Below, piece by piece: positions 51,556-62,480 of a stretch of DNA of 64,000 nucleotides. The stretch lies in assembly GCA_965220745.1 (NCBI GenBank), contig CBDCQT010000007.1, positions 64,001-128,000 of the forward strand, given 5' to 3'. Made by a program: the position numbers and the translations under genes. The first letter of the stretch is position 1. Every line of letters begins with the position of its first letter. The DNA is from Alphaproteobacteria bacterium (GTDB lineage Bacteria > Pseudomonadota > Alphaproteobacteria > UBA828). Under the pieces are notes generated by a model. The model was not told where the DNA came from. It worked only from the letters and a program-made list of their open reading frames with translations, and made no database searches.

Positions 51556-52470
51556 ATGAGTACCCGGCTCAAATTCATTATCGGCGCCGCGGTCATCCTC
51601 GTGGCGATCATCCTGCTTCTGATCTCCACCTACAAGGTGCGCGAGGATCAGCAGGCGATTCTCCTGCAGCTGGGTGAGCCCATCAAGGTGGTGAACCAGT
51701 GGGGCACGGACGAGCCGGGGCTCCGCTTCAAGACACCCTTCGTCCAGAACGTCGAGTACTTCGAGAAGCGCGTGCTGGACTTCAACGCGCCGGCGGAGGA
51801 GATGATTCTCGGCGATCAGAAGCGGCTGGTGGTCGACGCCTTTATCCGCTACCGGATCATCGATCCTCTGCGCTTCTTCCAGTCCGTCGGCAACGAGGCG
51901 ATAGCGCGTGCGAGACTCGGCGCGATCCTCAACGCCAGCACGAGGCAGGTGCTGGGTACGGTCGAGTTGATCACCGTGCTCTCGGGCGAGCGTGCGCAGC
52001 TCATGACCGAGATCAGGGACCAGGTGAACCGTCAGTCTACCGGCTTCGGCGTCGATGTGATCGACGTGCGCATACGCCGCGCCGACCTGCCGGAGGAGAA
52101 CAGCCAGGCCGTCTACCAGCGCATGCAGACCGAGCGTGAGCGCGAGGCCAAGGAGTTCAGGGCGCAGGGCGAGGAGGAGTCGCAGCGCATCCGCTCGCGC
52201 GCTGATCGCGAGCGTGTGGTGCTCCTCGCGGAGGCGGAGCGCGAGTCCCAGACCCTGCGCGGTGAGGGTGACGAAGAAGCCTTGCGCATCTCGCGCGACG
52301 CATATGGACGCGACTCCGAGTTTTACGCCTTCTACCGGGCCATGCAGGCCTATCGCGAAGCCCTCGGCGATGGCGACACGAGTATGGTGCTGTCACCCGA
52401 CAGCGAGTTCTTCCGCTTCTTCGACAATATCGTGCAGCCTCAGGCGCCCACCCCGGCGGCACCTGAGTGA
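51556..52470 (+). CDS. hflC: FtsH modulator HflC
   Basis: PGLRFKTPF, DQKRLVVD, VDVIDVRIRRADLP, FYAFYR. Confidence 0.95.
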   Translation: MSTRLKFIIGAAVILVAIILLLISTYKVREDQQAILLQLGEPIKVVNQWGTDEPGLRFKTPFVQNVEYFEKRVLDFNAPAEEMILGDQKRLVVDAFIRYRIIDPLRFFQSVGNEAIARARLGAILNASTRQVLGTVELITVLSGERAQLMTEIRDQVNRQSTGFGVDVIDVRIRRADLPEENSQAVYQRMQTEREREAKEFRAQGEEESQRIRSRADRERVVLLAEAERESQTLRGEGDEEALRISRDAYGRDSEFYAFYRAMQAYREALGDGDTSMVLSPDSEFFRFFDNIVQPQAPTPAAPE

Positions 52471-52529
52471 CGCGCCCCGGCCTCGCGCCGGTGCAAGGCC
52501 GCCCCCCGGCCACCCCCAACGATCCGGCT

Positions 52530-52724
52530 ATGGGCGACGGTCTCACCGCATTCCTGACCGCGATCGGATTGATATTCGTTATCGAGGGCGGGCTCTACGC
52601 GCTGTTCCCGGAGGCCATGCGACGCAGCATCCAGCGCGTGCTTGCCCAATCCTCGGGCCGGATACGCGCCATCGGCATGGGCGCGGCTCTGGCCGGCCTC
52701 CTGCTGGTGTGGCTCGTCAACTAA
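52530..52724 (+). CDS. DUF2065 family small membrane protein
   Basis: AIGLIFVIEGGLYALFP; usual position after hflC. Confidence 0.85.
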   Translation: MGDGLTAFLTAIGLIFVIEGGLYALFPEAMRRSIQRVLAQSSGRIRAIGMGAALAGLLLVWLVN

Positions 52725-52749
52725 AGGCTGCGTCGGGGAAGGGGAGGAG

Positions 52750-53982
52750 ATGACCGAGCGGCTGCTCGCCCCCTTCGCGGGGCTTCGCGCGGCCCCGGAG
52801 CATGCCGATGCGGTGGCGGCGCCGCCCTACGACGTGATGTCGACGGAAGAGGCCCGCGCCGCCGCCGAGGGCCGGCCGCTGAACTTCCTCCACGTCTCCC
52901 GGCCCGAGATCGACTTGCCGCCCGAGACACCGCCCGGCGCGCCCGAACTTTACGATGGGGCTGCGGCGGGCTTCGCGCGGATGATCGAGAGTGGAGTCCT
53001 GATCCGCGACCCGGCCTCCCGCTTCTACGCATACCGCATGAAGGCAGACAGTCGCACGCAGACCGGGCTCGTGGCGGCAGCCTCGCTCGCCGCCTACGAG
53101 GAGGGCGCGGTCAAGCGGCACGAATTGACCCGGCCGACCAAGGTAGAAGACCGGGCTAGGCACATCGCAGCGCTTGGCGCGCAGACCGGCCCCGTCCTCA
53201 CGATTCACCGGCCAGATGAAGAGGTTCGCCGCCTGATCGCTGCGGCATGCGCGGGGCCACCGCTCTGCCGCGCCGTGCTCGACGGTGCCGTGACCCACAC
53301 GCTCTGGTCCATCGACGGTGCGGACGAGATCGACGCGCTGACCGAGCAATTCGACCGGATCGGCGCGCTCTACATCGCCGACGGTCACCACCGCGCCGCC
53401 GCCGCGCAGATGGCGGCCCAGGCGATGGGAGCGGGGACGGGAGAAGCCGCCGGCCGCCTGTTGACGGTGAGCTTCCCCGCCGACGAGGTGCGGATTCTCG
53501 GCTATCACAGGATCGTGCAGGGCCTGAACGGGCTCACGCCGGCAGGATTCCTCGGCGAAATTGGCAAGGCGCTGCGCTGCGAGCCGGCGGACGGGCCGGT
53601 GGAGCCCGCGACGCCGGCGCAATTCGGCATGTATGTCGAGGGCCGCTGGTACCGGCTCGCAGCCGAGGGCCCGGCGCCTGCCGGCGGCCCGGTGGTCAAC
53701 CGTCTCGACGTTTCGCTGCTGGCGCGCCTGGTGCTCGGGCCAATCCTCGGCATTGTCGATCCCAGGCTCGATGAGCGGATCGACTTCGTTGGCGGCGGGC
53801 GCGGCATCGACGCACTCGCGGCGGCGGTCGACAGCGGCGAGGCGACGGTCGCCTTCTCGCTCCATCCGACCTCGGTGGATGATCTCATGGCGGTCGCCGA
53901 CGCCAGCGCGATCCTGCCGCCGAAAACCACCTGGTTCGAGCCCAAGCTCGCCGACGGACTGGTCTCGCTGCTCACGTCCTGA
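52750..53982 (+). CDS. DUF1015 family protein
   Basis: APPYDV, FLHVSRPEI, KRHELTR, YIADGHHR, PPKTTWFEPKL. GGAGGAG RBS. Confidence 0.88.
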   Translation: MTERLLAPFAGLRAAPEHADAVAAPPYDVMSTEEARAAAEGRPLNFLHVSRPEIDLPPETPPGAPELYDGAAAGFARMIESGVLIRDPASRFYAYRMKADSRTQTGLVAAASLAAYEEGAVKRHELTRPTKVEDRARHIAALGAQTGPVLTIHRPDEEVRRLIAAACAGPPLCRAVLDGAVTHTLWSIDGADEIDALTEQFDRIGALYIADGHHRAAAAQMAAQAMGAGTGEAAGRLLTVSFPADEVRILGYHRIVQGLNGLTPAGFLGEIGKALRCEPADGPVEPATPAQFGMYVEGRWYRLAAEGPAPAGGPVVNRLDVSLLARLVLGPILGIVDPRLDERIDFVGGGRGIDALAAAVDSGEATVAFSLHPTSVDDLMAVADASAILPPKTTWFEPKLADGLVSLLTS

Positions 53983-53999
53983 AGGCAGGTGACGACGCT

Positions 54000-54941
54000 G
54001 TGGCCGAGGGCCCCTCTACGATCCTGGTGATCGGCGGCCCGACAGCGAGCGGCAAGTCGGCACTCGCGGCCGACGCTGCCGAGCGCTTCGGCGGGGTGGT
54101 CATCAACGCCGACAGCATGCAGCTCTATCGCGACCTACCGATCCTGACTTCGTGGCCGGATGAGGAGCTCCGCGCGCGCGCGCCGCACCGGCTCTACGGC
54201 GTGCTTGACGGTGCCGAGCGCTGCTCGGCCGGCCGCTGGCGCGCTCTGGCGATGGCGGAGATCGAGCGCGTGCAGGGCGATGGCGCGCTGCCCATTCTGG
54301 TCGGCGGAACAGGGCTTTACCTGCGGGCGCTGCTCGAAGGCCTGGCGCCGGTGCCGAAGATTCCCGAGGCCGTGCGCGAGGCGGTGCGCACGCTCCACGA
54401 GCGCGAGGGCAGCGCCGGCCTCCACGCGCGCCTCGCTGCGCGCGACCCGGAGGCGGCCGGGCGGCTCGAACCCGGCGACAGCCAGCGGGTGATGCGGGCC
54501 TACGAAGTGATCGAAGCCACCGGGCGCTCGCTGCTTGCGTGGCAGGGGGAACGGCACGATCGCTATACAGGCCACGCGGCCGTGCTCGTCCTCGAACCGC
54601 CGCGCGATGCGCTTTACGACGCCTGCAACGAGCGTTTCGAGCGCATGATGGCGGCGGGCGCGCTCGACGAGGCGGCACGCCTCAAGGCCCGCGGGCTCGA
54701 TCCCAGGCTGCCGGTGATGAAGGCGGTCGGCGTCCGCGCTCTCCTCGATCACCTGAGCGGCGTCACCACGCTGGAGCGGGCGATCGAACTCGGCCGGCAG
54801 GCGACGCGCCGTTATGCCAAGCGCCAGACCACCTGGTTCCGCACCCAGATGCCGGGCGAAGTCCGTATGCCGGACCGTTATCGCGCGGATTCGAAACGGG
54901 AATCTCTTGCCCTCGTCGAACGCCTGCTATTGACCGGCTGA
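54000..54941 (+). CDS. miaA: tRNA dimethylallyltransferase
   Basis: GPTASGKS, NADSMQLY, VGGTGLY, TRRYAKRQTTWF. Confidence 0.95.
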   Translation: MAEGPSTILVIGGPTASGKSALAADAAERFGGVVINADSMQLYRDLPILTSWPDEELRARAPHRLYGVLDGAERCSAGRWRALAMAEIERVQGDGALPILVGGTGLYLRALLEGLAPVPKIPEAVREAVRTLHEREGSAGLHARLAARDPEAAGRLEPGDSQRVMRAYEVIEATGRSLLAWQGERHDRYTGHAAVLVLEPPRDALYDACNERFERMMAAGALDEAARLKARGLDPRLPVMKAVGVRALLDHLSGVTTLERAIELGRQATRRYAKRQTTWFRTQMPGEVRMPDRYRADSKRESLALVERLLLTG

Positions 54942-54958
54942 GGGCGAAGGACTACTGT
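54930..54958 (+). promoter_or_regulatory. sigma70 promoter for ilvBNC
   Basis: TTGACC-N17-TACTGT, overlapping the miaA stop. Confidence 0.55.
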
Positions 54959-55059
54959 CCGCCCTCCGAAGACCGGCGCGCCGTAAGGCGTGCCAGCGCT
55001 GGCCGGCCGACCCTGCCGCGAGGGTGGGCCGTCCGCGCTTGTGCGGAAGGGAGATCGCC

Positions 55060-56853
55060 GTGACAACGGATGCCGAGGATCACGCCCCGGCAGAGCTGAC
55101 CGGGGCCGAGCTAGTCGTTCGCACGCTGGTCGATCTCGGCGTAGACGTCGTGTTCGGCTACCCCGGCGGCGCGGTACTTCCCATCTACGACGCCATCTTC
55201 AAGCAGAACGAGCTACGCCACATTCTGGTGCGGCACGAGCAGGGCGCGGTCCATGCGGCGGAAGGCTATGCGCGCTCCACCGGCAAGGTGGGCACGGTGC
55301 TGGTCACTTCGGGGCCGGGCGCTACCAATAGCGTCACCGGCCTCACCGACGCGCTGATGGACAGCATCCCCGTCGTCTGCCTGACCGGGCAAGTGCCGAC
55401 CCACATGATCGGCAACGACGCGTTTCAGGAAGCCGACACGGTGGGGATCACCCGCCCCTGCACCAAGCACAACTATCTCATCAAGGAAGTTGACAACCTC
55501 TGCCCGGTGATCCGCGAGGCCTACTACATTGCGAGCGCCGGCCGGCCCGGCCCCGTGGTCGTGGACCTGCCGAAGGACGTGGTCATGGCCAAGGCGCCCT
55601 ACGTTCCCGAGTGTGCGGCGCCGGGCAACGGGTTGGAGCACCGTTCCTACCGGCCGCAGCGCGCGCCCGATCCGGACGCGGTCAAGCGCACGGTCGAGCT
55701 TCTGACGCGCGCCAAGCGACCACTCTTCTATGCGGGCGGCGGCGTCATCAATTCCGGGCCCGACGCGGCGCAGGGTCTCGCGGCGCTGGTGCAGCGCACG
55801 GGCTATCCCATCACCAACACGCTGATGGGGCTCGGCTGCTATCCGGGATCCGACCCGCTCTTCCTCGGCATGCTGGGCATGCACGGCACCTACGAGGCCA
55901 ACATGGCGATGGCCGAGTGCGACCTGATGATCGCGGTCGGCGCGCGCTTCGACGATCGCGTCACCGGCCGGCTCGCCGATTTCTCTCGCGGCTCGACAAA
56001 GGTGCAGATCGACATCGACCCCTCGTCCATCAACAAGAACGTGCCGGTGGACGTCGCCATCGTCGGCGATGCGGGTCTCGCGCTCGACGCCATCCTGGCC
56101 GAGTGGGAGGCGAGCGGCGCGGAGCCGAGCGCCCAAGTGGCGGCGTGGTGGCGGCAGATCGACAAGTGGCGCGGGCGCGACTGCCTGCGCTACAAGAACT
56201 CCAGCAACACCATCAAGCCGCAGTACGCGCTACAGCGGCTCTACGAGGCCACCAAGGGGCGGGACTCGTACTTCACCACCGAGGTGGGCCAGCACCAGAT
56301 GTGGGCCGCGCAGTTCCTCAAGTTCGAGGAGCCCAACCGCTGGATGACCTCGGGCGGCCTCGGCACCATGGGATACGGCTTCCCCGCCGCAATGGGCGTG
56401 CAGGTGGCCCATCCGGACTCGCTCGTCATCGACATTGCCGGCGAGGCGTCGCTGCTCATGACGATCCAGGAACTCTCGACCATGGTGCAGTATCGGCTGC
56501 CGGTGAAGACCTTCCTGCTCAACAACGAGTACATGGGCATGGTGCGCCAGTGGCAGGAGTTCTTCCACGGCGGCCGCTACGCCGAGAGCTACATGGATTC
56601 GCTGCCCGATTTCGTGAAGCTGGCGGAATCGTTCGGGGCGACCGGCCTGCGCGCCCGCCGGCCCGAGGAGGTGGACGGCGTGATCGAGGCCATGATCGAG
56701 ACACCGGGCCCTGTGATCGCCGATATCCTCGTCGACAAGGAAGAGAACGTCTATCCGATGATCCCGGCCGGCGCCGCGCACTACGAGATGAAGCTCGGGC
56801 CCGAGCATGGCGAGCTCGAAGAGCGCTCGGAAGACGGAATGGTGCTCGTCTAG
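55060..56853 (+). CDS. ilvB: acetolactate synthase large subunit
   Basis: VFGYPGG, RHEQGA, TSGPGATN, VGQHQMW, SGGLGTMG, GMVRQWQ. Confidence 0.95.
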   Translation: MTTDAEDHAPAELTGAELVVRTLVDLGVDVVFGYPGGAVLPIYDAIFKQNELRHILVRHEQGAVHAAEGYARSTGKVGTVLVTSGPGATNSVTGLTDALMDSIPVVCLTGQVPTHMIGNDAFQEADTVGITRPCTKHNYLIKEVDNLCPVIREAYYIASAGRPGPVVVDLPKDVVMAKAPYVPECAAPGNGLEHRSYRPQRAPDPDAVKRTVELLTRAKRPLFYAGGGVINSGPDAAQGLAALVQRTGYPITNTLMGLGCYPGSDPLFLGMLGMHGTYEANMAMAECDLMIAVGARFDDRVTGRLADFSRGSTKVQIDIDPSSINKNVPVDVAIVGDAGLALDAILAEWEASGAEPSAQVAAWWRQIDKWRGRDCLRYKNSSNTIKPQYALQRLYEATKGRDSYFTTEVGQHQMWAAQFLKFEEPNRWMTSGGLGTMGYGFPAAMGVQVAHPDSLVIDIAGEASLLMTIQELSTMVQYRLPVKTFLLNNEYMGMVRQWQEFFHGGRYAESYMDSLPDFVKLAESFGATGLRARRPEEVDGVIEAMIETPGPVIADILVDKEENVYPMIPAGAAHYEMKLGPEHGELEERSEDGMVLV

Positions 56854-56969
56854 GATCCAGGGCGCCGATCGAGCCGATCCATGACGCGAAACGCCAAGCC
56901 ACCGTCCGGCATGCCTGAGTGCCGGCACCGGTGGGACGTCCGCCCGTAGGCGACCCGGAGGGAACGGCC

Positions 56970-57476
56970 GTGACGGACGACGCCGAGCGCCGCACGCTTT
57001 CCGTGCTCGTGGAGAACGAGCCGGGCGTGCTGGCGCGCGTCATCGGGCTGTTCTCGGGCCGAGGTTACAACATCGAGAGCCTGACCGTCGCCGAGGTCGA
57101 GCACGACAAGCGCCTTTCGCGCATCAATCTGGTGACCTCGGGCTCGGCCATGGTCATCGAGCAGATCAAGGCGCAGCTCGATCGCCTGGTGCCGATCCAC
57201 AAGGTCTCCGATCTCGGTAGCGAGGGCCCCTACATCGAGCGCGAGCTCGCGCTGATCAAGGTCGTCGCCACCGGCGAGAAGCGGGTCGAATCGCTCAGGA
57301 TCGCGGACATTTTCCGCGCCCATGTGGTCGACAGCGAAATCGACTCGTTCGTATTCGAGATGACCGGGAAGGGCACCAAGATCGACGCCTTCATCCGGCT
57401 GATGACGCCGCTCGGGCTGACAGAGATATCGCGCACGGGCGTGGTCGCGATCACGCGCGGCAAGGAATCGATCTGA
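56970..57476 (+). CDS. ilvN: acetolactate synthase small subunit
   Basis: [34 protein letters not shown]. Confidence 0.95.
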   Translation: MTDDAERRTLSVLVENEPGVLARVIGLFSGRGYNIESLTVAEVEHDKRLSRINLVTSGSAMVIEQIKAQLDRLVPIHKVSDLGSEGPYIERELALIKVVATGEKRVESLRIADIFRAHVVDSEIDSFVFEMTGKGTKIDAFIRLMTPLGLTEISRTGVVAITRGKESI

Positions 57477-57519
57477 CGCGGCCGCGGGCCGCACGCAACG
57501 CCAAACTTGGGAGAGCAGG

Positions 57520-58539
57520 ATGCGGGTCTACTACGATCGCGATGCCGATCTGAACCTGATCAAGTCGAAGAAGGTCTCGATCATCGGCTACGGCAGCCAG
57601 GGCTTCGCGCACGCGAACAACCTGAAGGAAAGCGGCGTCGAGGACGTGGCCGTGGGGCTCAGGCCGGGCTCGGCAAGCGCGGCCAAGGTCGAGGCCGCCG
57701 GGCTGACGGTCATGGACATCGAGGAGGCCGCGCGCTTCGGCGACGTGGTGATGGTGCTCACGCCGGACGAGCTGCAGCGCCAGCTCTATTCCGACGTGCT
57801 GCACGGCTCCATGAAGGAAGGCGCGGCGCTGGCCTTCGCCCACGGGCTCAACATCCACTTCCGCCTGATCGAGCCCCGGCCCGACCTTGACGTGTTCATG
57901 GTGGCGCCCAAGGGGCCGGGGCACACGGTGCGCTCGGAGTATCAGCGGGGTGGCGGCGTGCCCTGCCTGCTCGCGCTGGCGCGCGACCCCTCGGGCAACG
58001 CCAAGGAGATCGGTCTTTCCTATGCGTCGGGCATCGGCGGCGGGCGCGCCGGCATCATCGAGACCAGCTTCCGCGAGGAGGTCGAGACCGATCTCTTCGG
58101 CGAGCAGGTGGTGCTCTGCGGCGGCCTCACGTCCCTCATCACCGCCGCCTGGGAGACCCTGGTGGACGCCGGCTACGCGCCGGAGATGGCCTATTTCGAG
58201 TGCCTCCACGAGGTCAAGCTGATCGTCGACCTGATGTACGAGGGCGGCATCGCCAACATGCGCTATTCGATCTCCAACACCGCGGAGTACGGCGACTACA
58301 CGCGGGGGCCGCGGGTCATCGACGACGCGACGCGGGAGCGCATGAAGACGATCCTCGCGGACATCCAGAACGGCCGGTTCACCACCGAATGGATGACCGA
58401 GAACGCCGCGGGCCAGTCCTCCTTCAAGGCGATGCGCGCGCGTGCGGCCGAGCACCCGCTGGAGGAGGTGGGCGAGCGGCTCCGGGCGATGATGCCGTGG
58501 ATCGCCGAGGCCCGGCTGGTCGATCGCAGCAAGAATTGA
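57520..58539 (+). CDS. ilvC: ketol-acid reductoisomerase
   Basis: [30 protein letters not shown]. Confidence 0.97.
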   Translation: MRVYYDRDADLNLIKSKKVSIIGYGSQGFAHANNLKESGVEDVAVGLRPGSASAAKVEAAGLTVMDIEEAARFGDVVMVLTPDELQRQLYSDVLHGSMKEGAALAFAHGLNIHFRLIEPRPDLDVFMVAPKGPGHTVRSEYQRGGGVPCLLALARDPSGNAKEIGLSYASGIGGGRAGIIETSFREEVETDLFGEQVVLCGGLTSLITAAWETLVDAGYAPEMAYFECLHEVKLIVDLMYEGGIANMRYSISNTAEYGDYTRGPRVIDDATRERMKTILADIQNGRFTTEWMTENAAGQSSFKAMRARAAEHPLEEVGERLRAMMPWIAEARLVDRSKN

Positions 58540-58701
58540 CGACTCTCGGCACAAGCAGGGGCACCACCGCAAGGCGACAAATTCGTTGCTTCGCCCAAGG
58601 GGTTGGGCGTACAAGTTCCCAGAACCCGGGCGGCGAGCCGATCTTGTGCCGCACCGGATGGCTGCTTGTGTCGTGCGAATGGGGTCGAGGGCCATGGTCC
58701 G

Positions 58702-58806
58702 ATGACGGTGCCGACGGAGAATAAGCCGGCAGGCACGCACCACTTGCGCGACGCTGCGGCCACGGCACATTCCACCCTACGCGAGCTGCGACTTAGCTGC
58801 CCCTGA
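58702..58806 (+). promoter_or_regulatory. putative leuA leader peptide / attenuator
   Basis: 34-aa ORF ending LRELRLSCP*; its CCCCTG can pair with CAGGGG at 58838-58843. Confidence 0.5.
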
Positions 58807-58887
58807 GCGGTTCGCCGTGCGTGATCGGCCGACCGACCAGGGGAGTGCGATGACCGTCGTAGCCGCCGGGGTGAAAGGATGCCCGTT

Positions 58888-60438
58888 ATGACCGAGACAG
58901 GAAACCGAGTCCGCATATTCGATACCACGATGCGCGACGGCGAGCAGTCGCCGGGCGCGTCGATGAATCTGGAAGAGAAACTCCGGATCGCCGAGATCCT
59001 CGAGGAGATGAGGGTCGACGTGATCGAGGCCGGCTTCCCCATCGCGTCGAACGGCGATTTCGAAGCGGTCCGCGAGGTCGCCAAGGTGGTGACCGAGAGC
59101 ACCGTTTGCGGCCTGGCCCGCGCCGGGCGGCGAGACATCGACCGCGCGGCCGAGGCGCTTGCGCCGGCCAAGTCCGGCCGCATTCACACCTTCATCTCGA
59201 CCAGCCCGCTCCACATGAGCGTCAAGCTGCAGATGGAGCCCGAGGACGTGCACGCGGCGGTGATCGACAGCGTGAGCTACGCCCGCAAGTTCACCGACGA
59301 CGTGGAGTGGTCCTGCGAGGACGGCTCGCGCACCGAGCACGACTTCCTCTGCCGCTGCGTCGAATCGGCGATCAAGGCCGGTGCCGGCACCATCAACATC
59401 CCCGACACCGTGGGCTACGCCGTGCCGGAGGAGTTCGCGTCGCTGATCGCCATGCTCTTCGACCGGGTGCCCAACATCGACAAGGCCGTGCTCTCGGTCC
59501 ATTGCCACAACGATCTGGGCCTCGCCGTCGCCAACTCGCTGAGCGCGGTGCAGGCGGGCGCACGGCAGGTAGAGTGCACCATCAACGGGCTCGGCGAGCG
59601 CGCCGGCAACGCCGCGATGGAAGAGATCGTCATGGCGCTGCGCACGCGCAACGACTTGATGAGCTTCGAGACCGGCGTGAAGACCGAGAACATCATGCGC
59701 GCCTCGCGCCTGGTCTCGGCAGTGACCGGCTTCGTGGTGCAGCCGAACAAGGCGATCGTGGGCGCCAATGCCTTCGCTCACGAAGCGGGAATTCATCAGG
59801 ACGGCGTCCTCAAGGACGCGCAGACCTACGAGATCATGACGCCCGAATCGGTCGGCCTCGTGCAGTCGACGCTCGTCATGGGCAAGCATTCGGGCCGCCA
59901 CGCCTTCCGCGAAAAGCTGCGGAGCCTCGGCTACACCGAGCTCGGCGACAACGCACTTCAGGAAGCGTTCGTGCGTTTCAAGGACCTCGCCGACAAGAAG
60001 AAAGAACTCTTCGACGAGGACATCATCGCGCTGGTGGACACAGAAGTCGCCGGCGCAAACGACCGCATCAAGTTCGGGTCCCTCTCGGTGTCCTGCGGCT
60101 CGTCAGGACCGCAGGAGGCGTCTCTCACGCTCGCCATCGACGGCGAGCAGGCGGAGGCGCAAGCCACCGGGAACGGCCCCGTGGATGCGGCTTTCAACGC
60201 CATCAAGGCGATTTACCCGCACGAGGCCAAGCTACAGCTTTATCAGGTTCATGCGGTGACGGAAGGCACCGATGCCCAGGCCGAAGTGAGCGTGCGGCTG
60301 GAGGAAAACGGGAGAACAGTGAACGGGCACAGTGCGCATATCGATACCATCGTGGCCTCGGTACTGGCCTATGTGCACGCGCTCAACAAGCTTCTGGTCA
60401 AGCGGCAGAAGACGGCTCCGGAGGCGTTGTCAGCTTGA
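58888..60438 (+). CDS. leuA: 2-isopropylmalate synthase
   Basis: IFDTTMRDGEQ, HCHNDLGLA, GERAGN, HEAGIHQDG, GNGPVDA regulatory domain. Confidence 0.96.
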   Translation: MTETGNRVRIFDTTMRDGEQSPGASMNLEEKLRIAEILEEMRVDVIEAGFPIASNGDFEAVREVAKVVTESTVCGLARAGRRDIDRAAEALAPAKSGRIHTFISTSPLHMSVKLQMEPEDVHAAVIDSVSYARKFTDDVEWSCEDGSRTEHDFLCRCVESAIKAGAGTINIPDTVGYAVPEEFASLIAMLFDRVPNIDKAVLSVHCHNDLGLAVANSLSAVQAGARQVECTINGLGERAGNAAMEEIVMALRTRNDLMSFETGVKTENIMRASRLVSAVTGFVVQPNKAIVGANAFAHEAGIHQDGVLKDAQTYEIMTPESVGLVQSTLVMGKHSGRHAFREKLRSLGYTELGDNALQEAFVRFKDLADKKKELFDEDIIALVDTEVAGANDRIKFGSLSVSCGSSGPQEASLTLAIDGEQAEAQATGNGPVDAAFNAIKAIYPHEAKLQLYQVHAVTEGTDAQAEVSVRLEENGRTVNGHSAHIDTIVASVLAYVHALNKLLVKRQKTAPEALSA

Positions 60439-60486
60439 ACGACGGGGTGGCCCCGGCTGCTGCCTGCCCGCCCCGCTGCCGTTTAG

Positions 60487-61542
<1,056 letters not shown>

Positions 61543-61598
61543 GTTTCCCGCTACGCGGGCCCGATTCGGAATTCGCCGCGTAACGTTTGGAGGTCTGA

Positions 61599-62480
61599 GT
61601 GAGGGTAGGCCGAGGGCGCAATCTCGTCCTGGCCGTGCCGGGCAGGGTCTTCGCCCAGCGCTTTGGCTACGCAATGCTGGCCTGCGCGGCGATCACCCTG
61701 ATGATCCTGAGCCAGGCGGAGCCACGCGTCGTGGAGACGATACGCGTCGGCGTTGTCGACACCGTTGCCCCGATTTTCGCCTTCTTCTCGCAACCTGCGG
61801 CAACGATCGCCAGCGGGTTCGACGAACTGGACGGCATCATGAGCGTTCACGAGCGTAACGAGCAGTTGGCGCACGACAACGCCGAGCTCCGCAAGTGGCA
61901 GGCGGTGGCCGAGCAGCTCGGTTACGAAAACGAGATGTTCCGGCGAATGCTCAAGGTCGTGCCCGACCAGCGGGCGCGTTTCGTCACGGCCCGCGTTATC
62001 GCGGATTCCGGCGGGCCGTTCATCCACATGGTCCTGGTCAACGCGGGCCAATCCCACGGGGTGCGCAAGGGCCAGGCGGTGGTCAACCACGACGGACTGG
62101 TAGGCCGCGTGTTGGAGGCTGGCGATCACACGGCGCGAATTCTCCTGCTGACCGACCTCAACTCCCGTATTCCCGTCGTCCTGGAGGAGAGCCGTGACCG
62201 GACGATCCTGCGCGGCGACAACAGCCCGCATCCCTATCTCGCCTTCCTCGCGACCGATGCCAGGGCAAAGCCCGGCGATCGCGTCGTGACGTCGGGAGAG
62301 GGCGGGATGTTCCCGCCGGCGCTCGATGTCGGGATCGTGTCTGCGGTCGACAAGGACCGCGCGACGGTGCAGCCCTTCGTGGTGTGGGAGCGGCTCGACT
62401 ACGTTACCGTCCTCGACTACGTGGTGCCGGGGGTCTTGCCCGAAACGCGCCGCGCCGAACGCGCCGGGAGCCTGCGGTAA
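61599..62480 (+). CDS. mreC: rod shape-determining protein MreC
   Basis: TM helix plus coiled coil, GLVGRV, LLTDLNSRIPV, VTSG.GG.FP. Confidence 0.92.
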   Translation: MRVGRGRNLVLAVPGRVFAQRFGYAMLACAAITLMILSQAEPRVVETIRVGVVDTVAPIFAFFSQPAATIASGFDELDGIMSVHERNEQLAHDNAELRKWQAVAEQLGYENEMFRRMLKVVPDQRARFVTARVIADSGGPFIHMVLVNAGQSHGVRKGQAVVNHDGLVGRVLEAGDHTARILLLTDLNSRIPVVLEESRDRTILRGDNSPHPYLAFLATDARAKPGDRVVTSGEGGMFPPALDVGIVSAVDKDRATVQPFVVWERLDYVTVLDYVVPGVLPETRRAERAGSLR

